Shown here one piece after another: positions 20,297 through 30,237 of a DNA stretch of 64,000 nt. A program made the translations under genes and the position numbers. The DNA lies in NCBI GenBank assembly GCA_027448945.1, contig DAIDMQ010000037.1:49791-113790 (forward strand). Direction: 5' to 3'. Numbering within the stretch: position 1 is the stretch's first letter; each line of letters starts with the position of its first letter. The DNA comes from Gallionellaceae bacterium. Lineage in GTDB: Bacteria > Pseudomonadota > Gammaproteobacteria > Burkholderiales > Gallionellaceae. The notes beneath the pieces are model-generated. The model worked only from the letters and a program-made list of their open reading frames with translations, was not told the DNA's origin and made no database searches.

Positions 20297-21745
20297 TCAC
20301 TCAGCGCTTTTCGCTTCGACCATAGACCTGGTTTCATGTTTACCCACTGTCATCAAGTCCCACACCAAAAGCACAAAACCGACAGCGAACATCACGCCGA
20401 ATATCTCGCGCCACCACATGCCTTGCACGAACCAGGGATGGGCTTGCGCCGCAAAATAGCCGGCCCAAGTCGAGCCCTCGATTGCGCGCTCAATTTGCGA
20501 TTGCACGTATCCCGACACCAACATTGCCATCACCATGCCGACCATCCCCAGGTTGAGTAATCCAATCGACCATTTCCACTTCCACCCGTTGCCGATCTGA
20601 TCACCCGCCATCCACACCTTGCCTCTCCACTGCTGCATTGCGATGTAGAAGTAAGCAATATTGATGGTGGCATATGCCCCGAAAAAGGCGAAATGCCCAT
20701 GCGATGCGGACCACTGCGTACCGTGCGTATAAAGATTAATCTGCGGCAGTGTATGCATGAAGCCCCATACACCCGCACCGAAGAAGTTGCCGAAAGCATG
20801 GGCTATCAACCAAGCCATGGTGGGATGATTGGAGTTCTTAATCTTGTTCGCGCCCGCATCGAAGATGGCATGCACCACCATTGCGACCAGCGGAATAGGT
20901 TCAAGCGCCGAAAAGAATCCGCCTATGGTGAACCAATACTCCGGAGTACCAATCCAGAAATAATGGTGGCCTATACCCAGAATGCCCGAGCCGAACATCA
21001 ACGCGACTTCAATATATAACCATATTTCAACAATCTTGCGACGTACACCCAACACCTTCATCAGAGCATACGCCATGGTACAGGCGACCATCACTTCCCA
21101 AGTCGCTTCGACCCAAAGATGAATGACCCACCACCACCAATATTGGTCGATGGAAATATTGGTGGTGTAAAACATCCCCGCCAGATAAATGCCGAACAAA
21201 GCCAATAAATCCAGCAACAACACACCGCCGATGCCTGTGTAGCGACCTTTGGAAAAGGTCGCGGCAACGTTATAGAAGAATGTCAACACACTAACGACAA
21301 TACCGATATCTGCCCAACGCGGTGCTTCGATGTACTCTCGACCTTCGTTGATAAGCCAGATGCTGGACTCCTTACCGGGGCCGACTTGCACGAACAAAAA
21401 CACCAATACCACCACGGCGACGGCTGCAGTCAGCACCCAAAAAATCAAATTGCCGAGCTTGAGTCCGACAACTTCGTGCTGCGCCTCATCCTCTAGTATC
21501 CAATACACCGAGCCCAGAAATCCGTAGAGCAACCACACAATCATGGCATTAATGTGCACCATGCGATTAACGTTGAAATCCAACACCTCATAGAACAGAT
21601 CAGGCTTGAGATATTGCAATCCCGAAATCAACCCAAATAATACTTGTGCGCCGAACAACACCATAGCGGTGATAAAGTATTTCACGGCCAGCTTCTGGCC
21701 TCCGTTCAAATTGGCACTATCTAACTTACCTATCGTAGCGGCCAT
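20297..21745 (-). CDS. norB: Cytochrome c-dependent nitric oxide reductase large subunit
   Basis: RMVHINA, EGREYIE, WWWWVIHLWVEATWE, GIGHHYFWIG, FSALEP, HGHFAFFG heme/non-heme Fe ligands and NOR-specific glutamates. Confidence 0.93.
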   Translation of the reverse strand: MAATIGKLDSANLNGGQKLAVKYFITAMVLFGAQVLFGLISGLQYLKPDLFYEVLDFNVNRMVHINAMIVWLLYGFLGSVYWILEDEAQHEVVGLKLGNLIFWVLTAAVAVVVLVFLFVQVGPGKESSIWLINEGREYIEAPRWADIGIVVSVLTFFYNVAATFSKGRYTGIGGVLLLDLLALFGIYLAGMFYTTNISIDQYWWWWVIHLWVEATWEVMVACTMAYALMKVLGVRRKIVEIWLYIEVALMFGSGILGIGHHYFWIGTPEYWFTIGGFFSALEPIPLVAMVVHAIFDAGANKIKNSNHPTMAWLIAHAFGNFFGAGVWGFMHTLPQINLYTHGTQWSASHGHFAFFGAYATINIAYFYIAMQQWRGKVWMAGDQIGNGWKWKWSIGLLNLGMVGMVMAMLVSGYVQSQIERAIEGSTWAGYFAAQAHPWFVQGMWWREIFGVMFAVGFVLLVWDLMTVGKHETRSMVEAKSAE

Positions 21746-21747
21746 GA

Positions 21748-22341
21748 TTAATCCTCCTGCTCTATGGGTTTGAAGTTATAAGGGAAGCCATTTGTATCAA
21801 TACTCGACATCCATTTCAGAAATGCCACAACACCCCGCGCCTCCTCATCGGTCACACCCAACTTGGGCATGCGCCGCCCCATACTGTTGTGCAACTTATC
21901 GGATGGGTTCTTTATGAATTCCACCATCTGATCTTCACGTAATTCTTTTGTGCCCCAATTGGGATCCAGCCATGACTTGGTCAAGTCGGGTGCGTAATAC
22001 GCGCCGTTGCCAAGCAGGGTGTGGCAGTTCATGCAATTTTTCGACTGGGTAGTGAGCTTGCCCAATTTCACCAACGCTTCCGCATCCTGCTCACTTAGCT
22101 CCTTGCCAAATAAGGGCTCTTTCATACCAATCACTGGTACTTGCGCATGTCGACTATCGTCATATTTGTATTCGATGCGAAAGTTGATGGTCGAATAGGC
22201 GGGTACACGCTTGGACCCCGCCGCGATCTGCGGCAACGTATCGACAGTCAACAGGATTAGCACGATTAACGAGCCTCCAGTCACCCAGATCGCCGTCTTG
22301 CGCCAGAAAGATTCTGACGCCCACCACTGATTAGTTGCCAT
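21748..22341 (-). CDS. norC: Nitric oxide reductase cytochrome c subunit
   Basis: N-terminal TM anchor; CMNCHTLLGNGAYYAPDLTK; RRMP axial Met. Confidence 0.92.
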   Translation of the reverse strand: MATNQWWASESFWRKTAIWVTGGSLIVLILLTVDTLPQIAAGSKRVPAYSTINFRIEYKYDDSRHAQVPVIGMKEPLFGKELSEQDAEALVKLGKLTTQSKNCMNCHTLLGNGAYYAPDLTKSWLDPNWGTKELREDQMVEFIKNPSDKLHNSMGRRMPKLGVTDEEARGVVAFLKWMSSIDTNGFPYNFKPIEQED

Positions 22342-22359
22342 GTTTTTCTCCTCTTTAAG

Positions 22360-22710
22360 TTAGGAACTTTTTTGAACTACGTCTTTGGTCTCCGCATGCT
22401 CATCCACATGCGTCCCTACACATAGGTGCCAGATGCCATGGGGTGCCAGCAGGTAGCCAAGCAACATGAAAACCACCACAGCTATCCACAAGGGGTGATG
22501 TAGCAGATTGGCAGCCTTGGCAAGAAATAAAGTGGAAACGAACAAACCAAGATAGGAGGCGTAGGCCAGCGGCATTAGTCGCGGCATCACCTTGATGCGC
22601 GAGTATGCGAACAATAGTGCATACAGCGCGCCAAGCAGAATCACCATGGCCGAGGTAAAAAAAATGGTGAAGAAGTCAGCCAGTCTTGCGGGTTCGATCA
22701 CGGCATTCAC
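22360..22710 (-). CDS. Small 3-TM membrane protein upstream of norC (NorH-like candidate)
   Basis: 116-aa ORF with three hydrophobic helices, first gene of the nor operon. Confidence 0.65.
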   Translation of the reverse strand: MNAVIEPARLADFFTIFFTSAMVILLGALYALLFAYSRIKVMPRLMPLAYASYLGLFVSTLFLAKAANLLHHPLWIAVVVFMLLGYLLAPHGIWHLCVGTHVDEHAETKDVVQKSS

Positions 22711-22752
22711 TTTGTATTTATTTAAAGGACTCTATCGAGATGCATTTTCAAA

Positions 22753-22771
22753 GATTCACCATTTGTGAATA
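22753..22771. promoter_or_regulatory. Putative NsrR operator (7-5-7) between the nor operon and nsrR
   Basis: GATTCAC-CATTT-GTGAATA inverted repeat. It overlaps a second candidate, GATGCATTTTCAAAGATTC (22739-22757). Confidence 0.7.
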
Positions 22772-22886
22772 TATTCTTTTCGGGAATTACATTCAACAAA
22801 AAAGAATATATTATTGCTTTTCACGTTCCATGCCGCCGACTTTTCCCTATAATTCCGCCAATAAACATCGCTACGGGAACTGCATC

Positions 22887-23288
22887 ATGCAACTTATGGT
22901 TTCAACCGACATCGCCCTACGCATCCTTATCTATCTCGGCCACAACAATAAAACCGCCACCATACAAGACGCATCGGATGACCTGGCCATCTCCAAAACC
23001 CACCTGATGAAGGTTGTGATGACACTGGTCAGTGCGGGATATTTAGCCAGCGATAGGGGACGCAACGGCGGGGTGCGCTTGGGCATGATGGCCCGGGATA
23101 TTTCTGTCGGCGATGTGGTGCGCCTAATGGAAACCAATCTCGCACTGGTGGTTTGTATGAAGGAAGATGCCGCGCCCGATGTCTGCCCTTTGCTGCCGCG
23201 TTGCCGTTTGAAAAAACTTTTCGTCAAGGCACAAGAGACTTTTTTCGCCACGCTCGATCAAAGTACGCTGGCCGATCTCCTGGCTTAA
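22887..23288 (+). CDS. nsrR: Rrf2-family Fe-S regulator, NsrR-like
   Basis: MQLMVSTDIALRILIYL, HLMKVV..L...G, RGRNGG; three Cys (C-x9-C-x5-C); located in the NO-detoxification cluster. Start reset to 22887. Confidence 0.82.
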   Translation: MQLMVSTDIALRILIYLGHNNKTATIQDASDDLAISKTHLMKVVMTLVSAGYLASDRGRNGGVRLGMMARDISVGDVVRLMETNLALVVCMKEDAAPDVCPLLPRCRLKKLFVKAQETFFATLDQSTLADLLA

Positions 23289-23341
23289 TTTCCCCCAACA
23301 CACGACACAACACTGTTGCATTTTTTTGCACATACAAATAA

Positions 23342-23366
23342 GATTCACTATTGATGAATCTATAAT
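23342..23366 (+). promoter_or_regulatory. Putative NsrR operator abutting a perfect -10 box
   Basis: GATTCAC-TATTG-ATGAATC (23342-23360) followed directly by TATAAT (23361-23366), then GGAG Shine-Dalgarno and ATG 23386. Confidence 0.75.
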
Positions 23367-23385
23367 GAATCTTGGAGACTATTAG

Positions 23386-23913
23386 ATGGGCGATACCGCG
23401 ACAAACCAAACCAAGCAAAATCTGTCCGAAATGATAGAGCGTCTATTGCAGCACCATCATCCTTATACCAAAGCTGCGCTCAATGATTTATCACCGCTAC
23501 TCGATAAAGTCGCTCTGGTACATGGCGACAACCATCCCGAACTCGGGGAACTGGCGATTTTGTTCAAGCAATTACGTGCAGACATGGATTCGCATCTGAT
23601 GAAAGAGGAGCACATTCTGTTTCCTTATATGCTCGGATTGGAAACAGATGCACCGCCATCCAGACCGCCTTTCGGCACGATTGCCAACCCGATCCGCATG
23701 ATGATGGCGGAGCATCATACCGATGACTTAATCCTGCAAAAGATGCTGAGTATCACCGACGACTTCACCCCGCCGCCTGGCGCCTGCAACAGCTACATCT
23801 CGTTATATGCGGGACTGCATGAATTAGTCAAAGACTTGTTCCAGCACATGCGACTGGAGGGCGATGTTCTGTTCGTCAATGCCATAGCGGCCGAAAAAAT
23901 CAAACTCGGATAA
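23386..23913 (+). CDS. Di-iron hemerythrin protein, Ric/YtfE/ScdA-like, lacking the N-terminal ScdA_N domain
   Basis: HHHPY, VHGDNHPEL, HLMKEEHILFP, PIRMMMAEH, PPPGACNSY, HMRLE motifs. Confidence 0.85.
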   Translation: MGDTATNQTKQNLSEMIERLLQHHHPYTKAALNDLSPLLDKVALVHGDNHPELGELAILFKQLRADMDSHLMKEEHILFPYMLGLETDAPPSRPPFGTIANPIRMMMAEHHTDDLILQKMLSITDDFTPPPGACNSYISLYAGLHELVKDLFQHMRLEGDVLFVNAIAAEKIKLG

Positions 23914-23963
23914 TGCATACGCGCATCACCCATTAGCTATAAATTTCACATAAAGGATTCGCC

Positions 23964-24251
23964 ATGTCACACGATTGCTCAACCACCCCCCAAACCGTTC
24001 ATTTATTCGATGCGCGCGGCGTCGCCAAACGCTTTCGCCACGCGGCGATCTTTGGCGCAATGGATGCACTGCGCGATGGCGAGAGCATGCACTTCATCAA
24101 TGACCACGACCCGATACCCCTACTAAATCAATTACAGCAACGCTACGGTGACGGCATTGTCATCAACTATGTCAGCCGCGAACCCGCTCAGATAGCCATT
24201 CAATTCACTCGTACTGCAAGCCAACCGGATATCTCCATCCGGCTGATTTAG
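23964..24251 (+). CDS. DUF2249-family protein
   Basis: FDAR.V...RHAAIFGAMDAL..GE.M..INDHDPIPLL.QL pattern. Confidence 0.8.
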   Translation: MSHDCSTTPQTVHLFDARGVAKRFRHAAIFGAMDALRDGESMHFINDHDPIPLLNQLQQRYGDGIVINYVSREPAQIAIQFTRTASQPDISIRLI

Positions 24252-24259
24252 TCGCCATT

Positions 24260-24658
24260 ATGAAAAGAAGCGTGTTGCTGCAACCTTTGTCACGAGAACA
24301 CCACATTGCACTCAAGTTGGCAAAGGCTTGTGTGGGTGCGGCCCTGTCGGAAGATTCAGCAAAAATAAATTCGGCTTGCCAGCGAGCGGCCAAGTCCTGT
24401 ATGGGCGAGCTGCATACTCACTTCGACCAGGAAGAAAATACACTCCTAACCCTGTTCGACGGCACATCAGGGCAAGCCCTGGCCGACCGTACACGATCAG
24501 ACCATCGTGAACTGATGGCGATGTTGGGCGGCCTGCAACACAACGATGCGGCATCCCTTGATCGTTTTGGAAAAAAATTAAGCGAGCACATCAGATTTGA
24601 AGAGCGTGAACTATTCCCCGAGCTAGAGAAATATTTTGTAACCAAACTGGCGGGATAA
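24260..24658 (+). CDS. Hemerythrin-domain protein
   Basis: LSREHH, HFDQEE, DH..L, HIRFEERELFP. Confidence 0.8.
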   Translation: MKRSVLLQPLSREHHIALKLAKACVGAALSEDSAKINSACQRAAKSCMGELHTHFDQEENTLLTLFDGTSGQALADRTRSDHRELMAMLGGLQHNDAASLDRFGKKLSEHIRFEERELFPELEKYFVTKLAG

Positions 24659-24990
24659 TCCAAGACGCGAACGCCGGGGAAACGCTGATTAGGTCCTCCA
24701 TGAGCCACATTGCAGTCCAAATCGAGATGATTGCAAGGCGTACGACGAGTGGCACAGCGCAAGCATACAATGCTGGTGCAATCCCAACGGGCACGGGGTT
24801 TGTGAGCGATCTGCCATACGAGGCCCAACCGGAGATTGCCTGAGCAAATACCCGCGACTAGCGGCGCTGTACGCTACCCTTTAAACCCGCAATTCAGTCC
24901 AACTTATAGTTATATCAATATGCCTATGCAATCATTGATGTGGAATATGAATCGGGGGATAATCCGCGCTCATTTTGTTAAGGCTAGACG

Positions 24991-25575
24991 ATGTCTGAAT
25001 ATCTCATGATCTTGCTCGGCGCGGTGTTGGTGAACAACATCGTGCTGGTCAAAATTCTCGGCCTATGCCCCTTCATGGGCGTGTCTAAGAAACTGGAAAC
25101 CGCCATAGGCATGGGCGCGGCCACCGCGTTCGTATTGACCTTAGCTTCCGGTGCAAGCTATCTCATCGACCATTACCTGCTCGCCCCCAACGGTTTGGGT
25201 TATCTGGCAACGCTGTCCTTTATTGTTGTCATCGCGGGCATAGTGCAGTTCACCGAGATGTATATCAAGAAGACCAGTCCCACCCTATATCAGGTGCTGG
25301 GTATTTATTTGCCACTCATCACCACCAACTGTGCGGTGCTGGGCGTGCCGCTATTGATCGCACAGAATCAATTGCAATACACCTTGCTCAAGTCCTTGTG
25401 GTTCGGCTTCGGCAATGCCGTCGGCTTCACCCTGATCATGGTGCTGTTTGCAGGCATACGTGAACGTATGGAAGGAGCCGATATTCCTGCCGTCTTCAAA
25501 GGTTCCGCCATTGCCATGGTCACTGCCGGGCTGATGAGCTTGGCCTTCATGGGCTTCTCAGGATTAGTCAAATAA
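24991..25575 (+). CDS. rnfA: Rnf/Rsx electron transport complex subunit A
   Basis: [22 protein letters not shown]. Confidence 0.97.
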   Translation: MSEYLMILLGAVLVNNIVLVKILGLCPFMGVSKKLETAIGMGAATAFVLTLASGASYLIDHYLLAPNGLGYLATLSFIVVIAGIVQFTEMYIKKTSPTLYQVLGIYLPLITTNCAVLGVPLLIAQNQLQYTLLKSLWFGFGNAVGFTLIMVLFAGIRERMEGADIPAVFKGSAIAMVTAGLMSLAFMGFSGLVK

Positions 25576-26129
25576 TGCTGAGCGCACTGTTGATAATGTC
25601 CGGTATCGCCGTGTTGCTCGGTGCCGTCCTGGGGTATGCCGCGATCAGGTTCCGCGTGGAAGGCAACCCGCTGGTCGAGAAGATCGATGCGATCTTGCCC
25701 CAAACACAATGCGGCCAATGTAATTATCCCGGCTGCAAACCTTATGCGACGGCCATTGCAGCAGGCGAAGCCGATATCAACCGTTGCCCACCCGGCGGTG
25801 AAGAGGGCATACAAAAACTGGCCGACCTGCTGGGCGTGGAATTCAAACCCTTTGGTGGCGACACCAATGCGCCCAAACCCAAGTCCGTCGCGTTCATAGA
25901 TGAAAACACCTGCATAGGCTGCACCCTGTGCATACAAGCCTGTCCCGTCGATGCTATCGCGGGTGCTGCCAAACAGATGCACACCATCATCAGCCGCGAG
26001 TGCACCGGTTGCGAATTGTGCGTGGCCCCTTGCCCGGTGGATTGCATCAGCATGCAGGTGATAGAAGAAAAGATCAGCAACTGGAAATGGAAGTATCCCG
26101 TTTTCGCGCTGACACCCGTGAAGCAGTGA
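25575..26129 (+). CDS. rnfB: Rnf complex subunit B (ferredoxin)
   Basis: [42 protein letters not shown]. Confidence 0.97.
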   Translation: MLSALLIMSGIAVLLGAVLGYAAIRFRVEGNPLVEKIDAILPQTQCGQCNYPGCKPYATAIAAGEADINRCPPGGEEGIQKLADLLGVEFKPFGGDTNAPKPKSVAFIDENTCIGCTLCIQACPVDAIAGAAKQMHTIISRECTGCELCVAPCPVDCISMQVIEEKISNWKWKYPVFALTPVKQ

Positions 26130-26137
26130 CAGACAAT

Positions 26138-27847
26138 ATGACCACACCCTATAAATTCCACGGCGGTGTACATCCGCCCGCCAATAAAGCGCAATCGACA
26201 CGCACGGCTATCGCGCAGATGCCATTGCCCGCCAAATTGGTGATTCCCTTCCATCAGCACGTGGGCAACACTGCCAAGCCGCTGGTTGTCGCTGGCGACC
26301 ATGTACTCAAAGGCCAACTCATAGGTTTACCCGAGGACGGCATCTCCAGCGCGATACACGCAAGCACCTCCGGCACCATCACCGAGATCGGCATGCAGGT
26401 GGTCGCACATGCATCGGGGCTACCCGACTTATGCGCCACCCTGGTACCCGATGGCAAAGATGAGTGGATCCAGCGTGAAGGCATCAATTTTCGCACCTCA
26501 CTCAACGCTGATGTACGCCAGGTTCTACGCCTTGCCGGCGTGGTCGGGCTAGGCGGTGGCGTATTTCCCAGCGACATGAAGTTGCGTGTCGGCAAGCACA
26601 AGGTTAAAACGCTGGTTATCAACGGCGCGGAATGTGAACCCTATATCACCTGTGACGACATGCTGATGCGCGAACGCGCCGGGGAGATCGTCAAGGGCGC
26701 CGAGATCATGCGCTGGGCGCTGGAAGCCGACAGAATATTGATAGGCATAGAAGACAATAAACCAGAGGCTATCGCTTCCATGCAGCTCGCTGCGGCAGCG
26801 AGCAATGACGACATAAGGGTCGTGGCTGTACCCACCATCTATCCCGGCGGCGGTGCCAAACAATTGATCCGGGTACTGACAGGCATCGAGGTCGCAGCCG
26901 GTGTGCGCTCCACCGACAAAGGTGTGCAGTGCTTCAACGTGGCCACCGCGCAAAGCATCTACCGCGCGGTGGCATTTGGTGAGCCACTAGTGTCACGTAT
27001 CGTGACCGTCACCGGCAATGTACAACGCGCACAGAATCTGGAAGTGCTGATAGGCACACCCGTGAGCGATGTCGTGGCATATGCCGGTGCGTTGCCCGAC
27101 ACCGACAGTTACATCATGGGCGGCCCCATGATGGGCTTGCCGCTCCCGAATGCCGGGGTCTCCATCGTCAAGGCTGCCAACTGCATCATCGCGGCGTCGC
27201 CCAAATTATTCCCCCCCGCGCCACCGGCTATGCCTTGCATACGCTGCACACGTTGCGCGGAAGTGTGTCCGGCAGAATTGCAGCCCCAGGACTTGTATTG
27301 GTTCGCCAAGTCCAAAGAATTCGGCAAGGCTCAAGAATACAACTTGTTCGACTGCATAGAATGCGGTGCCTGCAGCTATGTCTGTCCCAGCAGCATCCCG
27401 CTGGTGCAGTATTATCGTTTCGCCAAGAGCGAGATCTGGGCACGCGAAGCCGACAAGACATCCTCAGATGCGGCGCGTGAACGTTTCGAGTTCCGCGAAT
27501 CCCGCATCGAGCGTGAAAAACAGGAGAAGGCCGAGAAGTTGGCGGCAAAAGAGAAGGCTGCGGCTGAGGCAAAATTGCAAGCTGCCAAGCTCGCTGCCGA
27601 ACAAGCGGCGGCGTCCCCCGATGCGACGATGCCTGCTATTTCAACGCCTGCAGTGGCACCGCCGGCAAACGATGCGCAAGCCAAGATTCAAGCCGCTATT
27701 GAGCATGCCAAATTACAGGCTGCCGCAGTGAAACCCAAAAACACCGAACAACTGACCCCACAACAACTCGCGGAGATTGCCGATATCGAACTGCGTCGCG
27801 CGCGTATTCAGGAGTTGGCAGGGACCGATGTTGAGACCAAGGAATAA
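26138..27847 (+). CDS. rnfC: Rnf complex subunit C
   Basis: FHGGVHP, AGVVGLGGGVFP, INGAECEPY, MGGPMMG, CIRCTRC, CIECGACSYVCP. Start at MTTPYKF (GTG 26126 also possible). Confidence 0.96.
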   Translation: MTTPYKFHGGVHPPANKAQSTRTAIAQMPLPAKLVIPFHQHVGNTAKPLVVAGDHVLKGQLIGLPEDGISSAIHASTSGTITEIGMQVVAHASGLPDLCATLVPDGKDEWIQREGINFRTSLNADVRQVLRLAGVVGLGGGVFPSDMKLRVGKHKVKTLVINGAECEPYITCDDMLMRERAGEIVKGAEIMRWALEADRILIGIEDNKPEAIASMQLAAAASNDDIRVVAVPTIYPGGGAKQLIRVLTGIEVAAGVRSTDKGVQCFNVATAQSIYRAVAFGEPLVSRIVTVTGNVQRAQNLEVLIGTPVSDVVAYAGALPDTDSYIMGGPMMGLPLPNAGVSIVKAANCIIAASPKLFPPAPPAMPCIRCTRCAEVCPAELQPQDLYWFAKSKEFGKAQEYNLFDCIECGACSYVCPSSIPLVQYYRFAKSEIWAREADKTSSDAARERFEFRESRIEREKQEKAEKLAAKEKAAAEAKLQAAKLAAEQAAASPDATMPAISTPAVAPPANDAQAKIQAAIEHAKLQAAAVKPKNTEQLTPQQLAEIADIELRRARIQELAGTDVETKE

Positions 27848-27848
27848 C

Positions 27849-28904
27849 ATGCGCAAACACAGCCACCCGATAAGCGCGTTTTTCTCGCCTTTTATCAGCA
27901 AGTCCGACAGCGTGTCGGCCATCATGCTCAAGGTGATCCTCGCCTTGATCCCCGGCATTGCCTTGTATGTGTGGTATTTCGGCCCCGCCATCTTGGTATC
28001 CATCACTCTGGCGAGCATCACCGCATTGGCGACCGAGGCCGCGATGCTCAAGCTGCGCAACCGACCCATCGCACCGTTCCTAAAAGACAACAGCGCATTA
28101 CTCACCGCCTGGCTGCTGGCGCTTTCCATCCCGCCGCTCGCACCTTGGTGGCTAATCGTGGTGGGCACCGCATTCTGTATCGCAGTCGCAAAGCATCTGT
28201 ACGGCGGACTCGGCAACAACCCGTTCAACCCGGCGATGATAGGTTACGCGGTACTGATCGTTTCCTTCCCCGTACAAATGACGCAGTGGATCAGCCCGCA
28301 AGGTATGGGCGGGTTCGAGTTGAGCTTCATGCAACAACTGCAATATATCTTCTCGGGCATATTGCCGGACGGCATCAAACTCGATGCGATCACCATGGCA
28401 ACGCCACTAGATACGCTCAAGACGCAATTGCACCTTGCCCATCCGGTGAGCGAGATTCTTACCCAGCCTATCTTCGGTCAATTGGCCGGACACGGCAGCG
28501 AGATGGTTGCAGGCGGCTTTATGATCGGCGGCTTGTATCTGTTGGCAACACGCATTATTTCCTGGCATCTGCCGGTCGCCTATCTGGGCACCTTGTTCGC
28601 CATTGCAGGCATTTTCCATCTGGTCGATCCCGCGCATTACGTTGAGCCGCTATTCCATTGGTTCTCCGGGGCGGCCATGCTGGGTGCATTCTTCATCCTC
28701 ACTGATCCGATCAGCAGTCCGACCACACACAAGGGCAAGCTCATCTTTGCAGCCGGTGCGGGTCTGATCACCTATCTGATACGTGTCTATGGCGCATTCC
28801 CAGACGGCATGGCTTTTTCCACACTATTGATGAATATCTGCGTACCGTTGATAGATGCCTATACCCAGCCCAAAGTATTTGGCAAGAAGGAGAAACAAGC
28901 GTGA
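27849..28904 (+). CDS. rnfD: Rnf complex subunit D
   Basis: AKHLYGGLGNNPFNPAM, DAITMATPL (FMN-Thr), FFILTDP. Confidence 0.96.
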   Translation: MRKHSHPISAFFSPFISKSDSVSAIMLKVILALIPGIALYVWYFGPAILVSITLASITALATEAAMLKLRNRPIAPFLKDNSALLTAWLLALSIPPLAPWWLIVVGTAFCIAVAKHLYGGLGNNPFNPAMIGYAVLIVSFPVQMTQWISPQGMGGFELSFMQQLQYIFSGILPDGIKLDAITMATPLDTLKTQLHLAHPVSEILTQPIFGQLAGHGSEMVAGGFMIGGLYLLATRIISWHLPVAYLGTLFAIAGIFHLVDPAHYVEPLFHWFSGAAMLGAFFILTDPISSPTTHKGKLIFAAGAGLITYLIRVYGAFPDGMAFSTLLMNICVPLIDAYTQPKVFGKKEKQA

Positions 28905-29557
28905 GGCGTTCGATGGTCAAGGCGGCGTTCCATACCGCCATCAACGTGTTGTTCTTCACCGTTATCGGCACAACCCTGCTGGGTGTAACCTATCTGCAAA
29001 CCAAGGCACCGATAGAGCGTAGTGAACAAGAAGCCAAACTCAAACTGATTTCACAGTTGGTACCGCGCCAAGACTTCGACAACGACATCTTGGCTGACGG
29101 ATTAAGCCTGACACCGGACCCGCTGCTGGGCAGTAGCGCTGCAAGCACCTCCTACCGTGCACGCAAGAACGGTCAGCCGGTGGCGGTTGTGCTGGAAGCC
29201 ATCGCGCCCGATGGCTATAGCGGTCGCATCAGCCTGATCATCGCCATCAAAGCCGATGGCACACTGGGCGGCGTGCGCGTAATCGAACACAAGGAGACAC
29301 CCGGCTTGGGTGACTATATAGACATCGCCAAGAGCGACTGGATTACAGGTTTCAATGACAAGGCACTGCTACCCGGCAAAGACGACGACTGGCATGTGCG
29401 CAAGGACGGCGGTCAGTTTGATTACATGGCCGGTGCAACCATCACACCGCGCGCGGTGATCAAGGCGACGCATAAAGTGTTGCAGTATTTCGCGCTGCAC
29501 AAAGACACATTGTTTGCCGCAGCAGCGACTGAGCCCAAACAGGAGGCAAAAAAATGA
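28901..29557 (+). CDS. rnfG: Rnf complex subunit G
   Basis: APDGYSG.I, HKETPGLG, FDYMAGATITPRAV. Confidence 0.96.
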   Translation: MRRSMVKAAFHTAINVLFFTVIGTTLLGVTYLQTKAPIERSEQEAKLKLISQLVPRQDFDNDILADGLSLTPDPLLGSSAASTSYRARKNGQPVAVVLEAIAPDGYSGRISLIIAIKADGTLGGVRVIEHKETPGLGDYIDIAKSDWITGFNDKALLPGKDDDWHVRKDGGQFDYMAGATITPRAVIKATHKVLQYFALHKDTLFAAAATEPKQEAKK

Positions 29558-30237
29558 CCTACCAGGAAGTGAAAGACATCTTTTATAACGGCTTGTGGAA
29601 ACAGAACACAGGTCTGGTGCAACTGCTGGGTCTGTGCCCCATACTTGCGGTGAGCAGCTCGGTGGTAAACGCGGTCAGTCTGGGACTCGCGACCGCACTG
29701 GTCATGACCATTGCCAGCGCGACCATCTCACCGATACGCAGCGCAGTTCCGAATGAAGCACGCATCCCGGTCTTCATCCTCATCATCGCGGTGCTGGTGA
29801 CCGTGATCCAATATGCGATGAACGCCTATGTGCATGCGCTGTATCTGGTGCTGGGCATCTTCATTCCCCTGATCACCACTAATTGCATCGTGTTGGCGCG
29901 TATCGAAGCATTTGCTTCCAAGCAGCCTCCCTTTCAGTCCGCTATCGATGGATTGGCAATGGGCTTGGGCCTGACTGCGGTATTGGCCGTATTGGGCGGC
30001 ATGCGTGAAGTGTTCGGTCACGGCACCTTGCTGTCCGGCATCGACATGGTATTCGGTGCCAGTGCCAAAGCCTGGGTCGTCACCATCGTGCCCGACTATC
30101 ACGGCTTTCTGCTGGCCATCCTGCCTCCCGGCGCCTTCATAACACTGGGCTTATTGATCGCGGGCAAGAACTATATGAGCATGCGCGCAGCTGCCAACGA
30201 GAAGAAGCGCATCATCCCTATCGCCAGCGCCGCATGA
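29554..30237 (+). CDS. rnfE: Rnf complex subunit E
   Basis: LLGLCP.LAVS, FIPLITTNC, LPPGAF. Confidence 0.96.
   Translation: MTYQEVKDIFYNGLWKQNTGLVQLLGLCPILAVSSSVVNAVSLGLATALVMTIASATISPIRSAVPNEARIPVFILIIAVLVTVIQYAMNAYVHALYLVLGIFIPLITTNCIVLARIEAFASKQPPFQSAIDGLAMGLGLTAVLAVLGGMREVFGHGTLLSGIDMVFGASAKAWVVTIVPDYHGFLLAILPPGAFITLGLLIAGKNYMSMRAAANEKKRIIPIASAA

Noticed and set aside
24660-24990. 330-bp gap before rnfA as an ncRNA, riboswitch or gene remnant
   Set aside because: I recognise no RNA motif. A short hydrophobic minus-strand frame (24591-24794) has no assignable family, and the FNR-like TATAGTTATATCAA matches only one half-site.
25368-26201. 277-aa minus-strand ORF
   Set aside because: Antisense shadow of rnfA/rnfB.
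27480-27847. Ala/Lys/Glu-rich C-terminal tail of RnfC as a novel domain
   Set aside because: Low-complexity coiled-coil extensions are common in proteobacterial RnfC/RsxC.
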